A DNA stretch of 32,000 nt from Sedimentisphaera cyanobacteriorum (GTDB lineage: Bacteria > Planctomycetota > Phycisphaerae > Sedimentisphaerales > Sedimentisphaeraceae). The position numbers and the translations under genes were made by a program. Within the stretch, counting starts at the first letter, position 1; each line of letters starts with the position of its first letter. Of this stretch, positions 17,666-25,502 are shown piece by piece. The stretch covers positions 120,001 to 152,000 of the forward strand of contig NZ_CP019633.1 in the NCBI RefSeq assembly GCF_001997385.1, in the 5' to 3' direction. A model generated the notes under the pieces. The model saw only the letters and a list, made by a program, of their open reading frames with translations, was not told the origin of the DNA and searched no databases.

Positions 17666-20024
17666 AATCTGAGAATACAAAGTCTGCTGTAAGCGGTCTG
17701 TGGTCTGAGGCTATTCTGTCAAGATCAGAGTCTCCTGCAGAACATTTGACAGGTTTGAGCTTGCCTTTATAGAAGATGTGGTCTATGCGCAGGAACGGAT
17801 GCCTTCCGCAGTAGGTATTGTACTGCGAGCTGTCAGGGATAGCTTCTCTGAAGATTTCTGTGCACTTGCTGTAAAGACTGCTGCGCGGGTCGAAATTGAA
17901 ATCCCCGCATAACAGAATATTCTCATCGCTTCCAGCTCCGCACTTCCAGCCCTCTCCAAGAAGGTCTTCCAGCTGCGTCTTCTGATTTTTCCCTGTAAGC
18001 CCAAGATGAGTGTTAATGATTTGAACCTTTTTCCCTGAAATATCAATCTCCGCCAGAAGGGCTCCTCTGGGCTCATTGTCGTATCTGCTGCAGTTTCCTG
18101 AGAGCAGGTCTGATTTGAGCAGTTTCATCGGGAAGCGGCTGAGTATTGCATCGCCGTACTGCTCTTCTTCATATTCGAGTGCGGGAAGGAAGAAGTGGTC
18201 CATCTCGAGAATTTCTGCTATTATTTTGGTTTGGTCTTTTTGCCCTGTCTTCTCACGTCCAACATCCAGTTCCTGAAGGCATACTATATCTGGGTTGTAC
18301 TGCTCAAGCACGCGGGCAATCCGCAGTGGCGAGAGCTTCCCGTCCATGCCTACGCAGCTGTGAACGTTATACGTCATCACCCTTAAAACATCCTGCTGCA
18401 TGGTTTCAGCTTTCTCTTGGCTTTTAATCTGGCTTGTATCTGACTTACCGAGAACTTCAAAAGCAGCTTTGCGGAGGTCAAGCGGACGAAGATAATCCTT
18501 GTCCTTCATCCTGAACGGGTCATTCTCCGGAGTAAGCGCAAAGCCGGTGTATTCCTCTTCGTGAATTCCTCCATGCGAGCCGTTTTCTTTTTTGAATGTG
18601 AAGTAGGGCAGTGTTCTTCCCTGATACCCTGATATTATCAGATCGCCTGCATTCTCATTCCTGCATTTATTTATAAAATCCTCAGCAAGCTCTTCAGGTA
18701 CAAATTCATTATCAAAAAACTCTTTCATTCCGGGCGTGATTTCAAATTCGCTTTCTGAATTCATAGCCAGAACCTTCTCATTCTCGCAAAAGAAGATTAG
18801 AGGAATCTTGCCTGTTGCAATAAGTTTTTCTGCAGCTTTTCTCTTTTGTTTTTTCATCTCTTCCGGCAGATAAACTTGAGCCTCAGGAGCGATATCGGTA
18901 ACTATAACCTCCGAAGATTCTTTGCTTTCTGCGGGCTGTTCAGGTTTTCTCTTGTTAAGCCGCCAGCCGAGGCGGTTGAGGAATGTGAGGTGCTTATTAC
19001 TTCTGTTTTCATCGGATACGCCTCCCTCTGGTATTAGAGCATCTCGAACTGTTTCCTGTATAGATTCGCCAAAATACCCCTCGTATGAAACGCTGTCAAC
19101 CTGACCGTGATCTGAGTATATCCAGAAGTCATATTCTTTTTCCGCTTTGATGGAGCTTTTCCAAACCCGCTTGATGGAATTGTCGATACCTTTGAGAGTC
19201 CAGAGGGCGTATTTTGAGCTTGCCCCGCGTCTGTGAGACTGCTCGTGATAGCCGATCAGATTGAGCTGAATGATAGGCATCCCCCGCGTCATATCGAGCT
19301 TCGAAGATATTATGATTATCTCCCGCAGAAGGATGCAAAGCCCAACCCTTGAAGGTACGAATTTCAGTTCTTTCCAGAGGTTTTCCCCGGCAGTGAGCCC
19401 GCGGAAGAAATCAATCAGAGCGAGGCTGAATTCTACAATTAGAAGCCCTGCAACCCGAAGCAGGCTGAATGAGTGGAAAATTACTGCCGCCAGAAAACGG
19501 ATTGTTCGGCGAAGCCTGAAAACCTCCGAGAGCTTGATTTGGGCAATGCAGAAATGGGGCTCTTTTGCAGAGCCGGTGAATATGTTTGAATATGCGCTTC
19601 CGCCTTCAAAAAGTCCGCTGCCGAGTTTCTCCATGCGAGACTGGATTTCTCTCGCCTCCGCTGGATTGAACATGGCAAAAATTCTTTTTGTTTTCTTGTC
19701 GTAAAACGAGAAAGACGGAACGTAGCCTTTAATCCCGTAAAAAAGCTCCCCCTGAGCTCCTGGGGTTGCGCAGGGAATGCCGGAATAGTGGTTCCAGATT
19801 TTATAGTACTGGTTTTCGATAAGGCTTTTTACGAAGGGCATTTTCCCTGTGCTGATTGCACTTTCAAGCTGCTTTCGGGAAAGCGCATCAATCTGAACAA
19901 GCACCAGTCCGCGTTTTTCGCTGTCTTTGGATACATATTTCAGCCCCAAGAGATGCACAAGCCATCTGCTTTTGCTGAAAAATCCCTTGATCTGCCTGAA
20001 AATCATCTCCGGCTTATGCAGCAT
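17664..20024 (-). CDS. Fusion phosphoesterase: N-terminal alkaline-phosphatase-superfamily (nucleotide pyrophosphatase/phosphodiesterase-like) domain with inserted hydrophobic segments, plus a C-terminal endonuclease/exonuclease/phosphatase (EEP) domain
   Basis: N-terminal half: LVLVQIDALS (metal Asp), GIPCATPGAQGELFYG (Thr nucleophile block), GYHEQSHRRG, and WIYSDHGQ. Hydrophobic stretches: FLAAVIFHSFSLLRVAGLLIVEFSLALIDFF and VGLCILLREIIIISS. C-terminal half: MTYNVHS, DIVCLQELD, INTHLG, CGDFNF, RIDHIFY and ASDHRPL, which form the full EEP motif set. Confidence 0.75.
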   Translation of the reverse strand: MLHKPEMIFRQIKGFFSKSRWLVHLLGLKYVSKDSEKRGLVLVQIDALSRKQLESAISTGKMPFVKSLIENQYYKIWNHYSGIPCATPGAQGELFYGIKGYVPSFSFYDKKTKRIFAMFNPAEAREIQSRMEKLGSGLFEGGSAYSNIFTGSAKEPHFCIAQIKLSEVFRLRRTIRFLAAVIFHSFSLLRVAGLLIVEFSLALIDFFRGLTAGENLWKELKFVPSRVGLCILLREIIIISSKLDMTRGMPIIQLNLIGYHEQSHRRGASSKYALWTLKGIDNSIKRVWKSSIKAEKEYDFWIYSDHGQVDSVSYEGYFGESIQETVRDALIPEGGVSDENRSNKHLTFLNRLGWRLNKRKPEQPAESKESSEVIVTDIAPEAQVYLPEEMKKQKRKAAEKLIATGKIPLIFFCENEKVLAMNSESEFEITPGMKEFFDNEFVPEELAEDFINKCRNENAGDLIISGYQGRTLPYFTFKKENGSHGGIHEEEYTGFALTPENDPFRMKDKDYLRPLDLRKAAFEVLGKSDTSQIKSQEKAETMQQDVLRVMTYNVHSCVGMDGKLSPLRIARVLEQYNPDIVCLQELDVGREKTGQKDQTKIIAEILEMDHFFLPALEYEEEQYGDAILSRFPMKLLKSDLLSGNCSRYDNEPRGALLAEIDISGKKVQIINTHLGLTGKNQKTQLEDLLGEGWKCGAGSDENILLCGDFNFDPRSSLYSKCTEIFREAIPDSSQYNTYCGRHPFLRIDHIFYKGKLKPVKCSAGDSDLDRIASDHRPLTADFVFSD

Positions 20025-20331
20025 ATTCTTCTCCGAAGCGGGCTGAAGGGGAGCTTGCTTTATGTTGAAATAAGCTCTTCAAACCGACCCTGTCTAATTG
20101 AACTTTTCGCCGATGACTTGCCTTTATACATTAAAACTGCTCTAAACTAATGAGCTAATAGCATTAATATATCGTTTTGCTCAGTATTTACAAGAAAAAG
20201 CCGATTGCCGCAGGATATGTTTATAGATCCCAGCTGCAATTAAACAGGTCGAGCGAATTTCGTCCGCCCTTGTAAAAGAAGATGGTTTTTTAAGATTTTT
20301 AACTCTGTATGAATAATCAGCACTAATGCCG

Positions 20332-22899
20332 CTATTTTTTTTCGTACTTCAGGAAAAGATAATCTCCGGGTTCTGATATTATGAAATTTGCTGCTGAGTT
20401 TGAATCAAGGGTTGAGTTCCATTTTCTGCCTGTAATAAGGTTAGTGAATTGAAGCTTTGAATTTCCTGTTATGCTTCTAAGCTGCATTTTGTGTTTTGAT
20501 TTACTGTTTTCAATTTCCCTGAAAATAGTTAAATATCCTTCTGACTTACCGCAGACTGCCTGAAATCCCGTCCAGCTCTTGTTGTTCGGCTTAGAGCCAA
20601 TAGGATAAACGAAGCTGTCCCAGATTCTGCTTCTGTGTTCTTTATAGACCTCCAGCAGTGACCTAAGATTTTTCCTTGCATCTTCGCTGTAATACCTTGC
20701 AACAGCCATAAATTCGGGTGTACCCATCAGAGCCGTTGCTGCGCAGTAATCTGCGCTGTGTTTATACGCATCGCTTTTATAGCCGTCCGACTGCTTTTTC
20801 ACAACCTCCGGGTTTTGAATCACAAGCTGCCATTTATTTAAATTCTGATATCTGCTGAGCTGCCAGAAGTCTCGCAGGCACAGGTGCGGGATGTATAAAA
20901 CGTTGCCGGGCACTTCCGGTTTTCTGTTCATAAAATGTACGTTGCCGTATTCCCTGAAGAGATAGAAGCCGTATCTCGGTGCAGCTTCTGTGGTGTCCCA
21001 GCTTACAATGCTTTTGTGATTATTTTCAAGCATATATGTGCGGGCTTTCATTTTCATTTCATTAAGCTTGGTATGGCTTCGCAGATTGGCGAAGTCTATC
21101 TTAAACTGCTCGTTTCCGAGGCGATTGTAATTCCAAAGCATCTCTTCCGAACTTATAATATGCGATGCCCAGAGACCCAGCCTCATATTAAACTTCTCCG
21201 CCTTTTCAGTAACCTTGCCCCATCCGTTCGGGTACCATTCCTGCCATGGCTTCCAGCCGCGTGTCTCATCAATAAACTTCTTCTCAGGACTCTGCCAGCC
21301 GTCATCTATAAGCAGCATATCTATCCCGATATCGCTGCACTCTTCCAGCTCCCGAAGGACTTGATCTTCGCGGGCGTATTTTCGGCCGTCCCAAGGATTT
21401 TGCGAATGACCCCATGTGCACATCACTGTCCACATATCACGCTGCTTATCTGTCGGGAATCTCAGCCTGTCGAATGCTTTTACCGCTCTCTCTCTGCTGT
21501 CTTTGCCTACCTTATGAACAATTACCCACGAGCCCCAGAGCCATTTGTACTTTTCCTCTGAAAGCTCAGACCGGCTGAGACACCATCCTGTATTTGTAAT
21601 ACCATTGTTTCCGAAAGTGAATTTGCCGGTATCAGCGCCGGGAGTTTGAACTGTCTTATGAGATTCTTTTACCAGAACGAGGCCGTCATTGCCGTCTTGA
21701 ATAAATAAAAGGTTAGACCAGTCGCATTCTCCTGAAGGCTTCAGCTTCTCCTCTCTTAAAACAGGCGTTTCAGGCTTGTTTCTGTTCTGGGTATCTGAGT
21801 AGTAGCCGGCAGCGGAAACCTGCATTTCTGCTGTATCAATTGGTAAGTAATCAACACGCTTGTTTTTTGAAATTCTTTCCTTTAAGCTGCTTTTCTTTAT
21901 TGCCTGAGACCCACTCAAATATGCAGCAAGCGAGTACCCTTTTGGCTTAGATGATTCGAGCTGTCTTTTCCTTTTTGGGTTTATCCTTATTGGTGCTTTT
22001 GCCTTGCCTTTTTTGAAAAGCCATATCTCGCTTATATTCACGTTAGATGGGCCGTGTTTTTCTACATCAATTGTCACTGTTCCATCCATATTTGCAATTT
22101 GAGGAAGTTTGAACAGTTTTGTTTCCGCCGGCTTGCCGCCTTCTTTCCAGCCGGGCAGAACGGTGGGTTTAATAACTTCTATACTCGTTTCCCCATCTAC
22201 CGAGCAAACTTTTGCCGATTGTTTCCTTCCGCCGCTGCCGTAATCCCACCAGCTTAGGCCAACTATATATTCATCCTTTTTAGATATATTGCCGATTGTG
22301 AATTTTAGTGCATTATTGTTAAGTAACACAGCAGTCTCCCAGTCTGGTCTTACGCCTTTTGACTGGTTATTTTGATAAATTTTTGCGTTTTCTGCTTTTA
22401 TGTAAGCATTTTCAGCTTTTTGAGAGCTTTTGCGGGCGCTGCCCTTGGCCCATATCTGTTGGCGAAGGCCTGAAGCGTTTGGATATGCCCATATCTTTTG
22501 TTTTAGAGTTAGGTTTTGCTTGGGATAAAAAACTTCGGCAATCACTTCAAGATGAGGGCTGGTAAAGCCTTTGTCAGAGCTTTTCCGGGCATCTAATTTC
22601 AGCAGTTTTGCTTTTGAATCATCACTTATTAAATCTGGACAGCTCCAGTCCATATTAAAAGAAGGTTTAATATTCTGCCATTCTTTGCTTGTTTCTTGAT
22701 TTTTGAGCCCTTCAGTAACAAAGCCATTTCCTGTCCAAAGGAATGTTCTTTCAATTTTTCCTGTAGAGATAATGAGATTCTGTCCTTTTGTTTCAGCTGT
22801 TGAGGTTTTGAAAGAGGCGTTAAGTTTGGGCAGGTCTGCATATATGCATGGTGCCTGAGACAAAAAGAGACCAACTGTGATTATAATGACAGCCTTCAT
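20332..22899 (-). CDS. Secreted putative glycoside hydrolase, clan GH-D (GH36/GH27 alpha-galactosidase-like) barrel in the C-terminal half; N-terminal ~500 aa unassigned
   Basis: Start taken at ATG 22899 (MKAVIIITVGLFLSQAPCIYA signal peptide). The track start at 22947 is a TTG. GIDMLLIDDGWQ, followed by W..WYPNGW, then MRLGLWASH and FKIDF, resembles the DDGW / GLW / K-x-D blocks of GH36/27. The assignment is distant. Hand G+C counts on three 60-nt samples were 37, 47 and 25%. Confidence 0.6.
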   Translation of the reverse strand: MKAVIIITVGLFLSQAPCIYADLPKLNASFKTSTAETKGQNLIISTGKIERTFLWTGNGFVTEGLKNQETSKEWQNIKPSFNMDWSCPDLISDDSKAKLLKLDARKSSDKGFTSPHLEVIAEVFYPKQNLTLKQKIWAYPNASGLRQQIWAKGSARKSSQKAENAYIKAENAKIYQNNQSKGVRPDWETAVLLNNNALKFTIGNISKKDEYIVGLSWWDYGSGGRKQSAKVCSVDGETSIEVIKPTVLPGWKEGGKPAETKLFKLPQIANMDGTVTIDVEKHGPSNVNISEIWLFKKGKAKAPIRINPKRKRQLESSKPKGYSLAAYLSGSQAIKKSSLKERISKNKRVDYLPIDTAEMQVSAAGYYSDTQNRNKPETPVLREEKLKPSGECDWSNLLFIQDGNDGLVLVKESHKTVQTPGADTGKFTFGNNGITNTGWCLSRSELSEEKYKWLWGSWVIVHKVGKDSRERAVKAFDRLRFPTDKQRDMWTVMCTWGHSQNPWDGRKYAREDQVLRELEECSDIGIDMLLIDDGWQSPEKKFIDETRGWKPWQEWYPNGWGKVTEKAEKFNMRLGLWASHIISSEEMLWNYNRLGNEQFKIDFANLRSHTKLNEMKMKARTYMLENNHKSIVSWDTTEAAPRYGFYLFREYGNVHFMNRKPEVPGNVLYIPHLCLRDFWQLSRYQNLNKWQLVIQNPEVVKKQSDGYKSDAYKHSADYCAATALMGTPEFMAVARYYSEDARKNLRSLLEVYKEHRSRIWDSFVYPIGSKPNNKSWTGFQAVCGKSEGYLTIFREIENSKSKHKMQLRSITGNSKLQFTNLITGRKWNSTLDSNSAANFIISEPGDYLFLKYEKK

Positions 22900-22938
22900 G
22901 ATTTTCTGAACCTTTCTTAAATTCTTAGATTTTAATTT

Positions 22939-23042
22939 GAAGCGCAACGCTTCGCTAATTTAATCAGCCCGCGTGGCGGGCTGGAGTTTATCGCTTTTAG
23001 CTGCCTGAATAGATAAAGAATAAGGGCGGCGGTTAAGCCGCC
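22939..23042. other. Cluster of three GC-rich stem-loops in the region upstream of the hydrolase gene
   Basis: GAAGCG-CAA-CGCTTC (22939-22953), AGCCCGC-GTG-GCGGGCT (22966-22982), and GGCGGC-GGTTAA-GCCGCC (23025-23042). All stems are perfect and were read directly. Confidence 0.5.
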
Positions 23043-23139
23043 TCTATCCAGTATAGATTGTTGCGGTGCTCGGGTTGCTCTCCAGCATTGCCCTATCCCC
23101 TGCAACAAGATAATCTATTATAGCGATGGCGATTGCTTT

Positions 23140-24300
23140 TAAAAAGTAAAAAAAGAGTACCCATTACGGTTGTTTTCGATAGAATGTTTTTTTGACGAAA
23201 AATACTCTATTTAAGGAACCGCAATGGGCTATAGACATCTTAACATTAATGAGCGGGAAAGCATTCTAAAAATGCGATCTGAAGGAAAAAATTTACTGGA
23301 AATCGCCATATATCTCGGCAGGAGCAAGGGCACTATCAGCCGTGAGTTGAATCGAAACATGTCCTCAACCCATGATTATAAGCCCCACCTGGCCCAGCGA
23401 TATTACAGCAAACGCAGGGCCGCATCCAAGCAGCCATATCGGCTTGAACAGAATGGCCGTCTTCGTCGTCGAGTATGCAGTAAACTCGAGCAATATCACT
23501 CGCCTGAACAGATAGCAGGCCGTCTTGAAATCGACTATCCAGATAATGCCCAAATGCGTGTAAGCCCTTTGACCATATATAGTTGGGTTAAACGAGACAA
23601 GGTTGACGGCGGTGTTTTTTACAAGTTTTTGCGTCAAGGCCGTCGCAAACGACGAAAGAAGCACGGCAGTAATGACAAGCGTGGCCGGATACCGAACAAA
23701 CGTTCGATCAGTGAGCGTCCGGAGGTTGTTGACAAGCGTAATCGCTTCGGCGATTGGGAGGGTGACAGCGTCAGCGGTAAAGGACACGGTTCATTTATTG
23801 CGACACTTGTCGAGCGTGCAAGCCGCTATCTGCTCTCTGGCAGGATGAAAGATAAGAGTGCCCAGAGCATGAATGAAACCACCCGAAGGTTGTTCAGGAA
23901 GATACCAAAGTCCAAGCGTCAAACGATGACAGTTGACAATGGCAAGGAGTTTGCCCAGTTTAAAGAGATGGAAAAAACAGTCGGCCTATGCTGCTACTTT
24001 GCTGATCCATACAGTTCTTATCAGCGTGGAACTAATGAAAACACAAACGGCCTGCTTCGTCAGTTCTTCCCTAAGGGAACTGATTTTAAGAAAGTTAGTG
24101 ATAAGGAACTTGACAAAGTTGTCGCCTTAATCAATAATCGACCAAGGAAATGTTTAAAATATCGGACACCAAATGAAGTGCTCTGGAGCGATGAAAAAAG
24201 TTGCGCTTCAGATTAAAATTTTGAATTAATTAAAATATAGTTTTGCCTTTTATTGCAAATTAAACATAAAACCGTTTCCTGCCAATTTTTACACAGGAAT
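23140..24300 (+). mobile_element. IS30-family insertion sequence (boundaries approximate; terminal inverted repeats not identified)
   Basis: Contains an intact IS30-type transposase ORF. The element ends are guessed from typical IS30 geometry. My manual 8-mer comparison of 22948-23223 against the reverse complement of 24217-24424 found no convincing inverted repeat. Confidence 0.55.
23224..24216 (+). CDS. IS30-family DDE transposase (apparently intact)
   Basis: 330 aa. N-terminal HTH ERESILKMRSEGKNLLEIAIYLGRSKGTISRELNRN. DDE blocks GDWEGDSV, TVDNGKEF and YQRGTNENTNGLLRQFFPKGTDF, then LNNRPRKCLKYRTPNEV. Confidence 0.9.
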   Translation: MGYRHLNINERESILKMRSEGKNLLEIAIYLGRSKGTISRELNRNMSSTHDYKPHLAQRYYSKRRAASKQPYRLEQNGRLRRRVCSKLEQYHSPEQIAGRLEIDYPDNAQMRVSPLTIYSWVKRDKVDGGVFYKFLRQGRRKRRKKHGSNDKRGRIPNKRSISERPEVVDKRNRFGDWEGDSVSGKGHGSFIATLVERASRYLLSGRMKDKSAQSMNETTRRLFRKIPKSKRQTMTVDNGKEFAQFKEMEKTVGLCCYFADPYSSYQRGTNENTNGLLRQFFPKGTDFKKVSDKELDKVVALINNRPRKCLKYRTPNEVLWSDEKSCASD

Positions 24301-24424
24301 ATCCAATGTCTAATGATACAATTTCTTTTCTGATATAGCTGTTAATCCGATTTTTCATATTTTTTCAGCCTCAGGTTTTTCTAAACTGCCGGAAAGTATC
24401 TTATGTAAGATAATTTTTTTGAGC

Positions 24425-24808
24425 TTATTTTCCTCTGCTGAACTCGGTGTTAAATTCATCAAAGGCCTTCTCGATACACCTTCCAATCTGGTACTGCTTG
24501 ATTTTCATAACATCAGCCTTAGGGCTGGAGAGTCTTCTGCTGAAAAGGATTATAACATCGCAGGGCACAAGGAGCTTGTTCTGGTTGAGGCGAAAAGATT
24601 CTCTCGCAAGCCGTTTGAGCCTGTTTCGCTTGAAAGCCTTCCCGAACCTTTTCCCAACCGAGACGCCTAAACGGGAATGTTCAAGCCCGTTCGGGGCAGC
24701 GTACACATTCACAAGGCTTGTGCATTCACGCCGTCCGTTTCTGATTATCTCCCTGAACCGCTGATTATCTGCAATTCTGTGTTTATTTCTGAAAAACGCT
24801 CTGTCCAT
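24425..24808 (-). CDS. rnpA: Ribonuclease P protein component
   Basis: 127 aa, basic. RIADNQRFREIIRNGRR, SRLGVSVGKRFGKAFKRNRLKRLARESFR matches the RnpA RNR-motif region. Confidence 0.85.
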   Translation of the reverse strand: MDRAFFRNKHRIADNQRFREIIRNGRRECTSLVNVYAAPNGLEHSRLGVSVGKRFGKAFKRNRLKRLARESFRLNQNKLLVPCDVIILFSRRLSSPKADVMKIKQYQIGRCIEKAFDEFNTEFSRGK

Positions 24809-24984
24809 TCAGTTTCTCTTAAAAGTTTACGGATTATTCTACAAATAACCGGCTTTTCTGCAACTGTCTCCAGCAGGCAAAAGCATCGATTTTTGAAAAA
24901 GCTTGAAAAGGTTTGGGAAAGGATTAAAATTATCTGATGGTTGTATCAAACAGCTATTGTTTTATTAAAAACGGAAAAATAAGA

Positions 24985-25443
24985 ATGCTAATCTCACAGA
25001 TACTGAAAAAATCATCAATTGTAGTACCTCTAAAGTCAACAGAAAAAGATGATGTAATTGAGGAGCTTATAGACAAGCTCAATGAAAACGGCCTGCTTAC
25101 AGACCGTGATGATGTGTTAGACAAGGTTATGACCCGGGAAATGACCCGAAGCACAGGTATAGGGCAGGGAATCGCTATCCCGCACGGTAAGAGCAAAGGT
25201 GTTAACGATCTCATTATGGCTATGGGGATAGCCAGCTCGGAAATTGATTTCGACAGCATAGACAACAAGCCGGTAAGTATCGTTATTCTTCTTGTCTCGC
25301 CTGCCGGCCAGACAGGCCCGCATATACAGGCTCTTGCGAAAATAAGCCGCCTTATGCTTGATGGAGATTTCAGGCAGAAGCTTCAGGACGCTCAGGATGC
25401 CGAAGAAGTGTACAGCTTACTGAGCAGTAAGGAATCCGAATAA
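24985..25443 (+). CDS. ptsN: PTS EIIA(Ntr)-like regulatory protein (EIIA type 2 fold)
   Basis: Family-typical N-terminus (ILKKSSIVVPLKSTEKDDVIEELI), REMTRSTGIGQGIAIPHGK with the phospho-accepting His, and PVSIVILLVSP. The start is taken at ATG 24985 rather than 24937. Confidence 0.75.
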   Translation: MLISQILKKSSIVVPLKSTEKDDVIEELIDKLNENGLLTDRDDVLDKVMTREMTRSTGIGQGIAIPHGKSKGVNDLIMAMGIASSEIDFDSIDNKPVSIVILLVSPAGQTGPHIQALAKISRLMLDGDFRQKLQDAQDAEEVYSLLSSKESE

Positions 25444-25454
25444 TATCGTTATTT

Positions 25455-25481
25455 AAGCCCGCAGAATCTGCGGGCTTTTTT
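25455..25481 (+). terminator. Rho-independent terminator after the ptsN-like gene
   Basis: AAGCCCGCAG-AAT-CTGCGGGCTT (10-bp perfect stem) followed by TTTT, starting 12 nt after the stop codon. Confidence 0.8.
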
Positions 25482-25502
25482 GGTTCTATCTTACTGGAGA
25501 GA

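Noticed and set aside
20935-21561. 208-aa plus-strand ORF; similarly 27417..28040 (207 aa) and 5231..5734 (167 aa)
   Set aside because: They are antisense to the GH-D-like, U32 and hisS genes respectively, with no motifs. They are treated as shadow ORFs.
22900-22947. Longer 5' extensions offered by the ORF track: 22947 (a TTG) for the GH-D-like gene; also 8256 for parA, 8815 for nusB, 11718 for aconitase, 28799 for U32 and 24937 for ptsN
   Set aside because: In each case an internal ATG gives a family-typical N-terminus or signal peptide, removes overlap with the upstream gene, or has a better Shine-Dalgarno-like sequence. The extensions add non-conserved basic or hydrophobic peptides.
24399-24412. 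Palindrome ATCTTATGTAAGAT just downstream of the rnpA stop, as a terminator
   Set aside because: The stem is AT-rich and only 6 bp, and it is not followed by a U tract on the minus strand. It is insufficient to call a terminator.
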